Assembly: GCA_011523195.1 (NCBI GenBank)
Contig: WTHH01000246.1
Location: forward strand, 1 to 30,224
From: Verrucomicrobiales bacterium
GTDB taxonomy: Bacteria > Verrucomicrobiota > Verrucomicrobiia > Limisphaerales > UBA1096
DNA length: 30,224 nt
Reading direction: 5' to 3'
The notes below the pieces were generated by a model that was given only the letters and a program-made list of their open reading frames with translations, searched no databases and was not told where the DNA came from. Shown here in pieces: positions 1-8,857 of the stretch. Numbering within the stretch: position 1 is the stretch's first letter; every line of letters starts with the position of its first letter. The position numbers and the translations under genes were made by a program.

Positions 1-1
1 G

Positions 2-1129
2 GCGGACGCCTACATCTGGGCCAACCTCAGTACCGTGTTGCCGCAGTTGATCAACTACGCGCCGGACGGCGCCGAGTTGGGGATAAACGTCGGGGAGATG
101 CTCAGCTCCCTTGGCGTGGATGGCTTTCAGTCGATTGCCACCACGTTTCGCGAACAGGAGGACGGAGCGTACTTCGATGTGTTCCTCGGCTTGCCGGAGG
201 CGAAACGCACCGGACTGCTTGGCCTGATGGAGACAAAGAAAACGAACAGCGCCCCACCTGCGTTCGTGCCGGCTAACGTCGAGTTGTTTCAACGTTGGCG
301 ACTCGACATGGCGGCCACCTGGGGGAACCTCGAGAAATTGTTGGCCGACACCGCACCCGATGTTGCCAGCATGGTAGAGTTCACCGTAGGCCTGCTTGGC
401 AAAGACAAGGATCAAAACTTCGATTTCAAAAAAAGTTTTTTTGAAAACCTTGGCGACGACATCATCGTTTTTCAACAGCCGCCCGAGACGAAACAACTGG
501 ACACCGTTGGCGCCGGCCCGGTTCTGGTGTTGGTCGAGGCCGCCAACCCGGACGAACTGATAAAGGCAATCGGGGCGGTCCCCGGCATTCTGCCACCGCC
601 GCTCAACGAGACGCCGCTGCTGCCGCGTCGACTGGGGGATCACACCGTGTACAGCTTTGGGTTGATGGAGATTCCGGACCCGACTACCGGCGAGATGATC
701 AAGATGGAAATCCTGTTCGGAGGCAAGGACGGTTATCTCGTGGCCGGAACGAATCCCAAACTGCTTCAGGCGCATCTCGATGGCAACACGGCGAACCCGT
801 TGAACGCCCGCGCCGGGTTGACCGAAGCCGCGGCAAAAGTCGGTGGGCTTCAGTCCGGCGTGTTCGGGTTTCAAAACGACCGCTCCGTGATGCAGCACGC
901 TGCGGGTTCGCTGAAGGACAACGCCGATATGCTTGAGGCGGCCTTGAACATAATCCCGACCGATGACCTCGGTGGAGTCGCATTGAGCGATTGGATGGAT
1001 CTTTCCCTGCTGCCGACCGGCGAGGTGCTGGGCAGATATTTTGACTTCACCGTTTACGGAGCAGCCAACGACGCCCGGGGGATCACCTTGAAGTACTTTT
1101 CGCCCCGGCCGGCTTCTCTGAAGCGCTAG
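2..1129 (+). CDS. Hypothetical protein, 5'-truncated by the window edge (possibly a DUF3352-like envelope protein)
   Basis: The frame is open from position 2 (ADAYIWANLSTVLPQ...) to TAG at 1127-1129 and shows GC-rich codon usage. The family guess rests on general composition only. Confidence 0.6.
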   Translation, partial: ADAYIWANLSTVLPQLINYAPDGAELGINVGEMLSSLGVDGFQSIATTFREQEDGAYFDVFLGLPEAKRTGLLGLMETKKTNSAPPAFVPANVELFQRWRLDMAATWGNLEKLLADTAPDVASMVEFTVGLLGKDKDQNFDFKKSFFENLGDDIIVFQQPPETKQLDTVGAGPVLVLVEAANPDELIKAIGAVPGILPPPLNETPLLPRRLGDHTVYSFGLMEIPDPTTGEMIKMEILFGGKDGYLVAGTNPKLLQAHLDGNTANPLNARAGLTEAAAKVGGLQSGVFGFQNDRSVMQHAAGSLKDNADMLEAALNIIPTDDLGGVALSDWMDLSLLPTGEVLGRYFDFTVYGAANDARGITLKYFSPRPASLKR

Positions 1130-2186
1130 CCGCCGCCTCCAGTTTTTTCAGCGCGGCCTCCAGTTTTTCGTAGCCGGAATTCAGTGGTCGGTCGCGCAGT
1201 TTTTGCAGCTTGCGCGCGTAGGGGTTGCCGGGGCGTGCCGCCTCACTCATCAGGAAAATCGCCGCCTCACACGAGCGCGGTGTCCCGCGCAGGATCGCCG
1301 CCGAGAGCGTGGGATACGGCTCCAACGGATTTCCCCAGACGGCCTCCAGTGCCTCGAGAATTTCCTTCTCCCGATCGTTCCCCAGTTGCACTGTGGCCTT
1401 CAATTCCTCCCACAGCAGATGCTCCATCGGCAGCAAGCGGGACAGTGCTTCGAGCCCGACAACACGAATCGTGTAGCTGTCGTCCACCGCGAGCTGCACG
1501 GCGGTCGGCACCGCGCCAATACCCATGGTGGAGAGAGCATCCGCGGCGGCGTTGGCCTCGTTGCTTCCTGGCTTGGCCCGGATAATCTCGAGCAGTGCCG
1601 GGGCCGCCGGGGCCGCGTCGCGTTTCATGTAGCGCAGGAGATGGAACATCCGTGCGCGATGGTCGCCCTGCGCTTGGCCAAGCCGGTTGGTGATCTCACC
1701 AAGCGGCGCTGCGCCCATCGACCTCAGGGCCACGAGTGCGTTGTTGTAAACCAGGTGCTCGGGGTCGCCGAGCGCGGTGACAAGGTCGGGGATTGCCGGG
1801 GTGGCCGCTTGGCCAAGCGCTGCAAGGCCGGCCACGCCGCCCGCGCGTATCTCCGAAAGCTCGTAGGTGTTGGCCCAGCGCTGGATATCCTCCCGCTCGA
1901 GCAGCGGCACGGAGTCGACCACGCTGATCAACGGTCGTTTCCAGACTGGGTCGGTGTAGCGCAACGTCCGCCGCAGCCACGGCACGGCGTTGGTCCCTAG
2001 CCCGGCTACGGCCTCCTGTGCGGCGTCACGTCTGGCCGGGTCGGCCGTCACCAACATATCCTGCACCCAGTCCTCCAGCGGCCGACCATCGACCAACGGC
2101 CCGCGATCGCGTTGGGCGATGACGATGAACAGCCCAATGACCACCAGCACGCCAAGGCTGATTTTCAGGAGCCGCCGTTTCGTCAT
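1083..2186 (-). CDS. Membrane-anchored HEAT/ARM-repeat protein
   Basis: Likely start is ATG at 2186 (MTKRRLLKISLGVLVVIGLFIVIA, a basic region followed by a TM helix). HEAT-like helical repeats follow (AIPDLVTALGD...ALVALRSMG, AAPALLEII...AADALSTMG). It overlaps the convergent upstream gene by 47 nt. Confidence 0.7.
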   Translation of the reverse strand: MTKRRLLKISLGVLVVIGLFIVIAQRDRGPLVDGRPLEDWVQDMLVTADPARRDAAQEAVAGLGTNAVPWLRRTLRYTDPVWKRPLISVVDSVPLLEREDIQRWANTYELSEIRAGGVAGLAALGQAATPAIPDLVTALGDPEHLVYNNALVALRSMGAAPLGEITNRLGQAQGDHRARMFHLLRYMKRDAAPAAPALLEIIRAKPGSNEANAAADALSTMGIGAVPTAVQLAVDDSYTIRVVGLEALSRLLPMEHLLWEELKATVQLGNDREKEILEALEAVWGNPLEPYPTLSAAILRGTPRSCEAAIFLMSEAARPGNPYARKLQKLRDRPLNSGYEKLEAALKKLEAAASASEKPAGAKSTSR

Positions 2187-2236
2187 GGACAACAGTCTGG
2201 TAGCCCCGGCGTTTTGCGGGAAGAAAAAAAGCGTGT

Positions 2237-2812
2237 TTGGCCAAGCGACTTGCCAAGCAACGGCCCGGCGGGGAAACTCTCGCAGTGGACACAGAGGACA
2301 CGGCAACAAAACGGCGCCCCTCGCTTTTGCAGCGGATTTTGATCGGCGGAAACGTCCGCTGGACAATGGTGCGGCTGCTGGTGCTGCTGGCCGTGACGAC
2401 TTTTGTGCTGAACTACTTTTTTCCGGAAGGCGAGGCGCGGTACCGCCGCATTCTCGTAGACGGCAAAAGCATGGATCCCACCTACGTCCACGGGGCGACG
2501 CTCTGGATGCATGCCCTCGAGTATTCGGACCAGACACCGCAACGGGGCGACGTGGTGGTGCTGGGGCAGGAAGGGCACTCCCCTTTTTATCTTAAGCGCA
2601 TCATTGGCCTGCCCGGGGAGCGGGTGGCCATTCGCCGGGGCCAAATGACCATCGACGGAACCGTGTACGACGCATACGGGGAGGGGCGTATCCGCGCGCG
2701 GTTGACCCCTCTGACCCTCGGGAAGGACGAGTATTTCGTGCTGGGCGACAACCGGCCGATCAGCAGCGGCGGCGTGGTCGAGGCCGACAAGATTCTCGGG
2801 AAAATCCTTTAG
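2237..2812 (+). CDS. lepB: Signal peptidase I (S26 family); start uncertain (TTG 2237, GTG 2285 or ATG 2366)
   Basis: TM segment, then catalytic Ser box GKSMDPT, RGDVVV, catalytic Lys box YLKRIIGLPGERV, and YFVLGDNR. Confidence 0.85.
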   Translation: MAKRLAKQRPGGETLAVDTEDTATKRRPSLLQRILIGGNVRWTMVRLLVLLAVTTFVLNYFFPEGEARYRRILVDGKSMDPTYVHGATLWMHALEYSDQTPQRGDVVVLGQEGHSPFYLKRIIGLPGERVAIRRGQMTIDGTVYDAYGEGRIRARLTPLTLGKDEYFVLGDNRPISSGGVVEADKILGKIL

Positions 2813-2824
2813 CCGCCCGGCAGG

Positions 2825-3835
2825 CTAATCGGACTGTTCCTGAATCTGGCGGGTTATCTCCAACGCGAGCTCGATCGCCTGCCGAGCCGATTCCCCGGTG
2901 ACTACCGGTGCCTGTTTTTTTTTCACGCAATGGACAAAGCTCTCGAGTTCCACCTTGAGCGGTTCCTCCTGCACGATCGGCACCGGCTCGCGCACCACGC
3001 GTTTGCCGCCAAACTGGCTGACGATTGTGCTGTCCTTGGCTGTGAGTAGTTTCTTGAGGAAGGACGATTCCTGTTCGCCCTCTCGGGCGAGGCGATAGTA
3101 GTAGCCCTTCTGTTCGCGGTAATCGAGTGACACGTAGCTGGGTTCGTCGCCACCGCTGAACACACGAATCTTTCGCATCTGCTCCGGGCTGACCCGGCTG
3201 ACAGTCAGGTTGGCCACGCAGCCGTTGGCGAAGCGCAACCGCGAGTTGGCAATGTCCTCCGACTTGCTGAGCACGCGAACCCCGGCGGCGTCCACATGCT
3301 CCACCGGCGAGTCCACAAACGCGAGGACGATGTCGAGGTCGTGGATCATCAGGTCGAGCACCACCCCGATGTCCATGCTCCGTGCCGGGAAGGGCGAAAG
3401 CCGATGAGACTCGATGAAACGCGGCGACTTCGCGGCCTTTTGCAAATAGCTGTACACCGGATTGAAGCGTTCGATGTGGCCAACCTGCAGCACACAGTCG
3501 TACCGCTTGGCCAAGCGCACCAACTCGGCCGCCTCGTTGAGGTTGTCGGTCATCGGCTTTTCGATCAGCAGGTGTTTGCCCTGCTCTAGCAGCGGCTTCG
3601 CCAAGCGATGATGCGTGGTCGTCGGTGTGACTACGCTCAAGGCATCCGCCGCCGCTGCCTCCTCAACTGAGCCAAGCGCCTGGGTCCCGTATTTAGCCGC
3701 AACCGCTTCGGCCTGATCGGCGTTTGTGTCGTAGACGCCAATCAACTCCACAGCCCCTTGCTCGTGCAAATCGCTGTAAATTCGGACGTGGTTTTGCCCC
3801 AGCGAGCCCACACCTAGCACAGCCACCGTGATCAT
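2825..3835 (-). CDS. Gfo/Idh/MocA family NAD(P)-dependent oxidoreductase (GnnA/WlbA-like UDP-sugar dehydrogenase type)
   Basis: Rossmann motif VAVLGVGSLG, EKPM, GHIERFNP, DVVLDLMIHDLD-type box, ANLTVSRVS. Start is ATG 3835 or GTG 3844. Confidence 0.85.
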   Translation of the reverse strand: MITVAVLGVGSLGQNHVRIYSDLHEQGAVELIGVYDTNADQAEAVAAKYGTQALGSVEEAAAADALSVVTPTTTHHRLAKPLLEQGKHLLIEKPMTDNLNEAAELVRLAKRYDCVLQVGHIERFNPVYSYLQKAAKSPRFIESHRLSPFPARSMDIGVVLDLMIHDLDIVLAFVDSPVEHVDAAGVRVLSKSEDIANSRLRFANGCVANLTVSRVSPEQMRKIRVFSGGDEPSYVSLDYREQKGYYYRLAREGEQESSFLKKLLTAKDSTIVSQFGGKRVVREPVPIVQEEPLKVELESFVHCVKKKQAPVVTGESARQAIELALEITRQIQEQSD

Positions 3836-3965
3836 CGATACCACGGCCTGATTGTAGCGGCATGGCGTGTTTGCTACGAGTAAATCAGTTTACAACACTC
3901 ACACAAAGATACCATTGACTTGCTTTTGGCCCGTGTTGGCACAAACTCCTTTCGGATTTTTAAAA

Positions 3966-5237
3966 ATGGCGGCTAAAGAGAAGGACATACAAGTACGCGC
4001 CCTACTGGTTGAGGATAACGACATTATTATTGAGTCGCTAACCGAACTCATGAAGTCCATGGGTTTCATAGCAGTTAACAGCAAGACTGGGAGTGAGGCC
4101 ATTAATTTGCTCAATGGTGGATCGGTGGGAATCGTGATTGCCGACGACAAATGCGGCGACAAAGAGGGCCTTGAAGTCCTAGAGGAAGCCAAGCGCATTT
4201 CCCCCAGTACCACCCGTCTTTTACTCACCGGACGTATCAACGACGATGCTGTTCAAGCCGCATTGCGCGAGCGACTTGTCTACCGCTATATATCCAAACC
4301 GTGGTTGAACGAGGATTTGATCCTCACACTACGCACCGCGGAGGATTTCCACCGCGTATCCGATAAAATCGCTTCACTAACAATCGAGAAAAACGACTTG
4401 GCCCGAACCGTCAGCTTGCTCGAAAAAAGCGGTGGCGGTAGTGATCAAGCTCCCGCAACTCCTACCGCAACCACCGCCAGCAGCGTCACAGCTGTAGAGG
4501 GGGATGCTGATACTATTATCCAAGCCATACTCGAGTTGCTTTATGTGTTCCATCCTAATCTCAAGAGCAATGCAATACGTACAATGGCCTTGGTCAAGGT
4601 ATTAGCCGAAACGATTGGGATGGAGAAAAAAGCAGCCGAGACACTTTATTACGCCGCAGCACTACACGACATCGCTATCCCCGGAGTGGACCGACCAATC
4701 ATCCGCCGCTGGCTGCGCGACCCAGAGAAATTGAACAAGGACGAGATGAAACTCGTAGAGCAACACCCGTTGCAGGCAGCCGAGATTCTAAAGTCATTCC
4801 CAATTTTCAATGAGGCGATAACTCTCATCAAGGCGCACCACGAGGATTGGAATGGTAAGGGCTACCCCAACCAACTTAAGGGCGAAACGATCCCGTGGGA
4901 GGCGCGATTGCTTCGAGTGGCTTTGGATTTTTGTAGCAGACACGCCGATCCCATACAGGCCATGCTCGAGATCGAGGAATTGTCCGACGTGATTTACGAC
5001 CCGGACGCCATCCGCGCCGTGGCCAAGGCCGTGCCGTTGACCGAGATGCCCACCGGCGAACGAGAGATTCTGCTCATCGAGTTGCAGGAGGGAATGACGC
5101 TCGCCCGAGACATCAACAACGCTAACGGCTTTCTTTTGTTTCCAAAGGGCAAAACCCTTAGTGCCTCAATGTGCGACAAGCTTTTTAACATCGACCGCAT
5201 TTCCCCACTAGACCCATACGTACTTGTTTACTGCTAA
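3966..5237 (+). CDS. Response regulator with REC domain and (degenerate) HD-GYP domain
   Basis: REC motifs: LLVED, IVIADD, LLTG, SKPW. HD-GYP motifs: ALHDI, HHEDWNGKGYP, IPWEARL. C-terminal LQEGMTLARDI...G.LL segment. ATG 3966 chosen as start. Confidence 0.85.
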   Translation: MAAKEKDIQVRALLVEDNDIIIESLTELMKSMGFIAVNSKTGSEAINLLNGGSVGIVIADDKCGDKEGLEVLEEAKRISPSTTRLLLTGRINDDAVQAALRERLVYRYISKPWLNEDLILTLRTAEDFHRVSDKIASLTIEKNDLARTVSLLEKSGGGSDQAPATPTATTASSVTAVEGDADTIIQAILELLYVFHPNLKSNAIRTMALVKVLAETIGMEKKAAETLYYAAALHDIAIPGVDRPIIRRWLRDPEKLNKDEMKLVEQHPLQAAEILKSFPIFNEAITLIKAHHEDWNGKGYPNQLKGETIPWEARLLRVALDFCSRHADPIQAMLEIEELSDVIYDPDAIRAVAKAVPLTEMPTGEREILLIELQEGMTLARDINNANGFLLFPKGKTLSASMCDKLFNIDRISPLDPYVLVYC

Positions 5238-5243
5238 CATACT

Positions 5244-7232
5244 ATGGCTCTTGAAGAAGCTGATCAGGCGCGAGTGGACGAATTGGCCAAGCGTGCCTCG
5301 TCAGCCTTTGCCGAGTCTGACCTTGGCCAAGTGCGGCAGCTTTATGGGCAAGTTCTAAAGATTGACTCCACCCACCCTGCCGCCAACTACTGGCTGGGCT
5401 ACCTAGAGTGCCGCGAAGGCCGACCGGAAAACGGGGTAAACTATCTTCGGACAGCGACCGAATCGGCCTTGGCCTGTGCCGAGTGGCTGGCCCCCGACAG
5501 TCTGGTGGAGCTTGGCATGGCACTCAATTCGCTTGGCCAAGCAGACGAGGCGGCCGAGCAATTTGCCACCGTTCAACAGCGTTTCCCGAACTACGCCGAA
5601 GGGCAACTGTCCATTGCCGAGGATCTCGGCGGCGACGAGCATTTGGTCGAGCCGGCCATCGACGCCTGCCATCGCGGACTACTGGTCAACGGCCGGCACA
5701 AGGGGCTGCTAAAAAAAACCGCCGAGTTGCTTGAACAGGAGGAACGCTGGGACGAAGCGGCGGATTTCTGGGGGCACCTCGCGGAATTGTCGGCACCACA
5801 GGCCAACCTTCACATCAAGATGGGCATCGCCTGGCAGCACCACGGCGATGCCGGTTCCGCCCGGGAACAATTTGACAAGGCACTCACCCTCGAGCCGGAA
5901 AACGAGGCGGCCACCTTTGCGATGGTGCAACTGCTCGACGAACAGGGCGAACCGGAGGAAATCATCCCGCGCCTTGAGCGCTTGGCTAAGGCCAAGCCGG
6001 AGTCGGCACGGGTTGCCCTTGCGCTGGCCAACTACCTTCGCAAATACGGCCGCTTGGCCGAGGCAATCGACTGGTGGCGAAGTGGACTGGCCCGCGAGCC
6101 GAACTGGGACGACTCATGGCGCGACCTTGGCCTTGGGCTCGAGCATCTTCACCGTATCAACGAGGCAGTCGAAGCCTATCGGCACGCGGTGGAGGCGGTG
6201 CCGGACAATTCTGAAAACCACCGCTACCTCGCCTCCGCGTTGCAGGACGCCGGCCAGCTCGACAGCGCGCTCGAGTCATTCAACCGGGCGACCGAGTTGA
6301 ACACGGACAACGCCGAAGCTCACTGGGGTCGGTTCTGGGTGCGAGCGCTGCGGGGTGAATTTCCCGAAGCCTGGGACGACTACGAGTGGCGCTGGAAACT
6401 CTCCAACCGAAACACCCCACAACTCGATGACTCCACCCCGCTCTGGGATGGCAAAGACCTGAGTGGCCAGACGATTTTCCTGCGAGCGGAACAGGGCTAC
6501 GGCGACACCATCCAGGCCATTCGCTATGCGCCCAGGCTGGTGGAGATGGGGGCAACGGTGAAGGTCGGTTGCCCACCGGCGCTGGCCCGGCTGTTGGCCG
6601 ACGCGCCCGGCGTTAGCGAGGTGGCCACCGGCAACGCCGGCATGGTCACGTACCACTGCCATCAGGCGATGTTCAGCCTGCCGCGACTACTCGGCACCAC
6701 GCTCGACTCAATCCCCGGACCGGCCCCGTATCTCAAATCCCAAAGCCAAGCAGGGCTGGAGCTGCCGCAGACGAATGGCATCCTGCGGGTCGGCCTAGTC
6801 TGGCAGGGGTCTGGCAGCCAAAGCCTCGACCGGCGCTCGGTACCGTTCGAGTTGCTAAAACCGCTGCTGGAGCAGGAGCGGACGCTGTTTTTCTCACTAC
6901 AACTCGGCGACGCGGCGCACGATCCCAGCCGAGCTGGTGTGGAGGAGAAAATCGCGGATTTATCGCCATTAATGGACGATTTCGCCTCGACCGCCACGCT
7001 GATGGAACAGCTCGATCTGATCATCACGATCGACACCGCCGTGGCCCATCTGGCCGGTGCGCTTGGCAAGCCAACGTGGCTGCTGCTCTCAGCGACCCCC
7101 GATTGGCGCTGGATGCTGGAGCGATCGGACAGCCCTTGGTATCCCTCCATGCGACTCTTCCGCCAGGCCAAGCCGGGCGACTGGGCGGAGCCTTTGGCCA
7201 AGCTACGCGAGGAGCTGGGCCGGACGATCTAG
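5244..7232 (+). CDS. TPR-repeat protein with C-terminal GT-B glycosyltransferase (GT9-like) domain
   Basis: Multiple TPR repeats followed by WDDYEWRW, LWDG, EQGYGDTIQ, VGLVWQGS and DLIITIDTAVAHLAGALGKPTWLLL...DWRW, typical of the TPR-glycosyltransferase family. Confidence 0.85.
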   Translation: MALEEADQARVDELAKRASSAFAESDLGQVRQLYGQVLKIDSTHPAANYWLGYLECREGRPENGVNYLRTATESALACAEWLAPDSLVELGMALNSLGQADEAAEQFATVQQRFPNYAEGQLSIAEDLGGDEHLVEPAIDACHRGLLVNGRHKGLLKKTAELLEQEERWDEAADFWGHLAELSAPQANLHIKMGIAWQHHGDAGSAREQFDKALTLEPENEAATFAMVQLLDEQGEPEEIIPRLERLAKAKPESARVALALANYLRKYGRLAEAIDWWRSGLAREPNWDDSWRDLGLGLEHLHRINEAVEAYRHAVEAVPDNSENHRYLASALQDAGQLDSALESFNRATELNTDNAEAHWGRFWVRALRGEFPEAWDDYEWRWKLSNRNTPQLDDSTPLWDGKDLSGQTIFLRAEQGYGDTIQAIRYAPRLVEMGATVKVGCPPALARLLADAPGVSEVATGNAGMVTYHCHQAMFSLPRLLGTTLDSIPGPAPYLKSQSQAGLELPQTNGILRVGLVWQGSGSQSLDRRSVPFELLKPLLEQERTLFFSLQLGDAAHDPSRAGVEEKIADLSPLMDDFASTATLMEQLDLIITIDTAVAHLAGALGKPTWLLLSATPDWRWMLERSDSPWYPSMRLFRQAKPGDWAEPLAKLREELGRTI

Positions 7233-7247
7233 CGCTTGGCCAAGCGC
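7232..7247. repeat. Perfect 16-bp copy of the iterated palindrome (intergenic)
   Basis: GCGCTTGGCCAAGCGC; its first G is the last base of the TPR-GT stop codon TAG. Confidence 0.95.
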
Positions 7248-7290
7248 ACTCTCGACAGCCTTTCCCTTGCCACGCATTATCCGCGCCGCA

Positions 7291-8295
7291 ATGGCAGAAC
7301 CAGAAATCAAAACCAAGGTGGTCGGCAGCTATCCGATCCCGTCCTGGCTCAGCACAAACCCTTCCACGCCCACGCTGCGCGACGCGATCATGGTTGTGCT
7401 CAAGACGCAGGAGCTGGCCGGCATCGACCTGATCTCCGATGGCGAACTGTCTCGCTTCGACGTCAGCCATCCGCAGACGAACGGCATGATCGATTATTTC
7501 ATCCGGCCAATGGGCGGTATTTCATCGACCATTACCCGCGAGGACTTGGCCAATTTCGCCGCCGAGCAGCGAATGGGCTTTCGCACCCAGCCGGCCGGAG
7601 TGGTGGAGAGTGCCGTCACGGAGGGAACGCTGAACCTCCCGCGTGACTGGCAGTTTTTCAAGGGCCTCAGCCCGGCCACCACGATGTTCACTTTCACGGC
7701 GCCGTACATGTTGTCGCGGACACTGATCGACCGGCACTACGGCGACATTCGGCAGTTGACGATGGACATCGCCGAGGTGCTGCGCAAACAGGTCGAGTCG
7801 ATCGATGCGCCGGTGATTCAAATGGATGAGGCGCACCTCACCGGCCACGCGGAAGATGCCGAGTGGGCACACGAGCCGTTCAACCATGCGCTCAGCGGCA
7901 TTCGCGGCGAAAAATCGCTGCACCTTTGCTTTGGAAACTACGGCGGCCAATCCATCCAAAAAGGTTACTGGAAAGACCTCATGCCGTTCCTCAACAAGCT
8001 CGACGTGGATCACCTCGTGCTCGAATTCGCGCGGCGGGGTTACGACGAACTGGATGCCTTCAATGAACTCAAGCCGGAAACCAAGCTCGGTGTCGGCGTG
8101 GTCGACATCAAGGACAATGAAGTGGAGTCGACCGAAGTCATCGCGAAGCGGATCGAGAACGCAGTCAACGTGCTTGGGATGGAGCGCATCAAGTGGGTTC
8201 ATCCGGATTGCGGTTTTTGGATGCTGCCGCGTAGTGTGGCCGACCGGAAAATGGCTGCACTCGTCGCTGGACGTGATGCCTACCTCGGTCGCTAA
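7291..8295 (+). CDS. Cobalamin-independent methionine synthase-like core enzyme (only the MetE C-terminal catalytic barrel, 334 aa)
   Basis: VVGSYP start, ISDGE, IQMDE, Zn ligands HLC (H-x-C), LEF (E) and HPDCG (C). No N-terminal folate-binding half. ATG 7291. Confidence 0.8.
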   Translation: MAEPEIKTKVVGSYPIPSWLSTNPSTPTLRDAIMVVLKTQELAGIDLISDGELSRFDVSHPQTNGMIDYFIRPMGGISSTITREDLANFAAEQRMGFRTQPAGVVESAVTEGTLNLPRDWQFFKGLSPATTMFTFTAPYMLSRTLIDRHYGDIRQLTMDIAEVLRKQVESIDAPVIQMDEAHLTGHAEDAEWAHEPFNHALSGIRGEKSLHLCFGNYGGQSIQKGYWKDLMPFLNKLDVDHLVLEFARRGYDELDAFNELKPETKLGVGVVDIKDNEVESTEVIAKRIENAVNVLGMERIKWVHPDCGFWMLPRSVADRKMAALVAGRDAYLGR

Positions 8296-8389
8296 CAAGC
8301 GCAACTCCTTAGTATTTCAAGCGACAAGCAGCACAAAAACGCCCGAAAATCGACTTTTATCCACCCAGCCAGATTTTGCAAAAAGGGAG

Positions 8390-8407
8390 GTTTTTCAATT
8401 GAAAAAC
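8390..8407. promoter_or_regulatory. Perfect 18-bp AT-rich palindrome, possible operator
   Basis: GTTTTTCAATTGAAAAAC is its own reverse complement and lies about 85 bp upstream of the rpsU -35 box. Function is inferred. Confidence 0.35.
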
Positions 8408-8491
8408 TGATTTTTTGGCTTGGTGTTGGAAAGTTTCTCACCAGTTATTAACAATTTTAAAACGTGGGACAAATTGTCTCTTTTTTGCGGG

Positions 8492-8520
8492 TTGACAAAG
8501 GGTGGGGGCGCCCTTAATTT
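8492..8520 (+). promoter_or_regulatory. Sigma70-type promoter for rpsU
   Basis: TTGACA (8492-8497), 17-bp spacer, TAATTT (8515-8520). Confidence 0.65.
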
Positions 8521-8594
8521 GCCGCCTGCCGACGGCCAAAGAGGCGTATCGCCCGACCGCTTGGCGTAGAAAAAAGAAAGGAAGTGAGTCACTT

Positions 8595-8795
8595 TTGACG
8601 GAAATACGTATCAGAAAAGGAGAAACCTTGGACAAGGCACTGCGCCGGTTGAAGAAACGTCTCGACCGCGAGAATGTGATCAAGGATGCGCGCAACAACC
8701 GCTACTATGAAAAGCCAAGCGTGCGACGCCGCCGCAAGATGAAGGTTGCCAAGTTCTCCCAGATGCTGAGAACGCGCTACGCGAACAACAGTTAG
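8595..8795 (+). CDS. rpsU: 30S ribosomal protein S21
   Basis: (M)TEIRIRKGETLDKALRRLKK...RYYEKPSVRRRRK is the S21 signature. TTG start at 8595 follows a purine-rich AAGGAAG. Confidence 0.92.
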   Translation: MTEIRIRKGETLDKALRRLKKRLDRENVIKDARNNRYYEKPSVRRRRKMKVAKFSQMLRTRYANNS

Positions 8796-8810
8796 TGTAA
8801 ATCAATTTGG

Positions 8811-8853
8811 TAGCCGGAAGTTGCCTATCTGGGTGGCTTCCGGCTATTTTTTT
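8811..8853 (+). terminator. Intrinsic terminator after rpsU
   Basis: Stem TAGCCGGAAG (8811-8820) / CTTCCGGCTA (8837-8846) followed by a run of T (8847-8853). Confidence 0.8.
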
Positions 8854-8857
8854 GGAA

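Noticed and set aside
1083-1129. 47-nt overlap of convergent genes
   Set aside because: Short 3' overlaps with low-complexity tails are common in GC-rich genomes, and nothing indicates a function.
3848-3890. Imperfect inverted repeat (CTGATT-GTAGC...GCTAC...AATCAG) in the divergent promoter region
   Set aside because: It is interrupted by bulges, single-copy, and matches no motif I can name.
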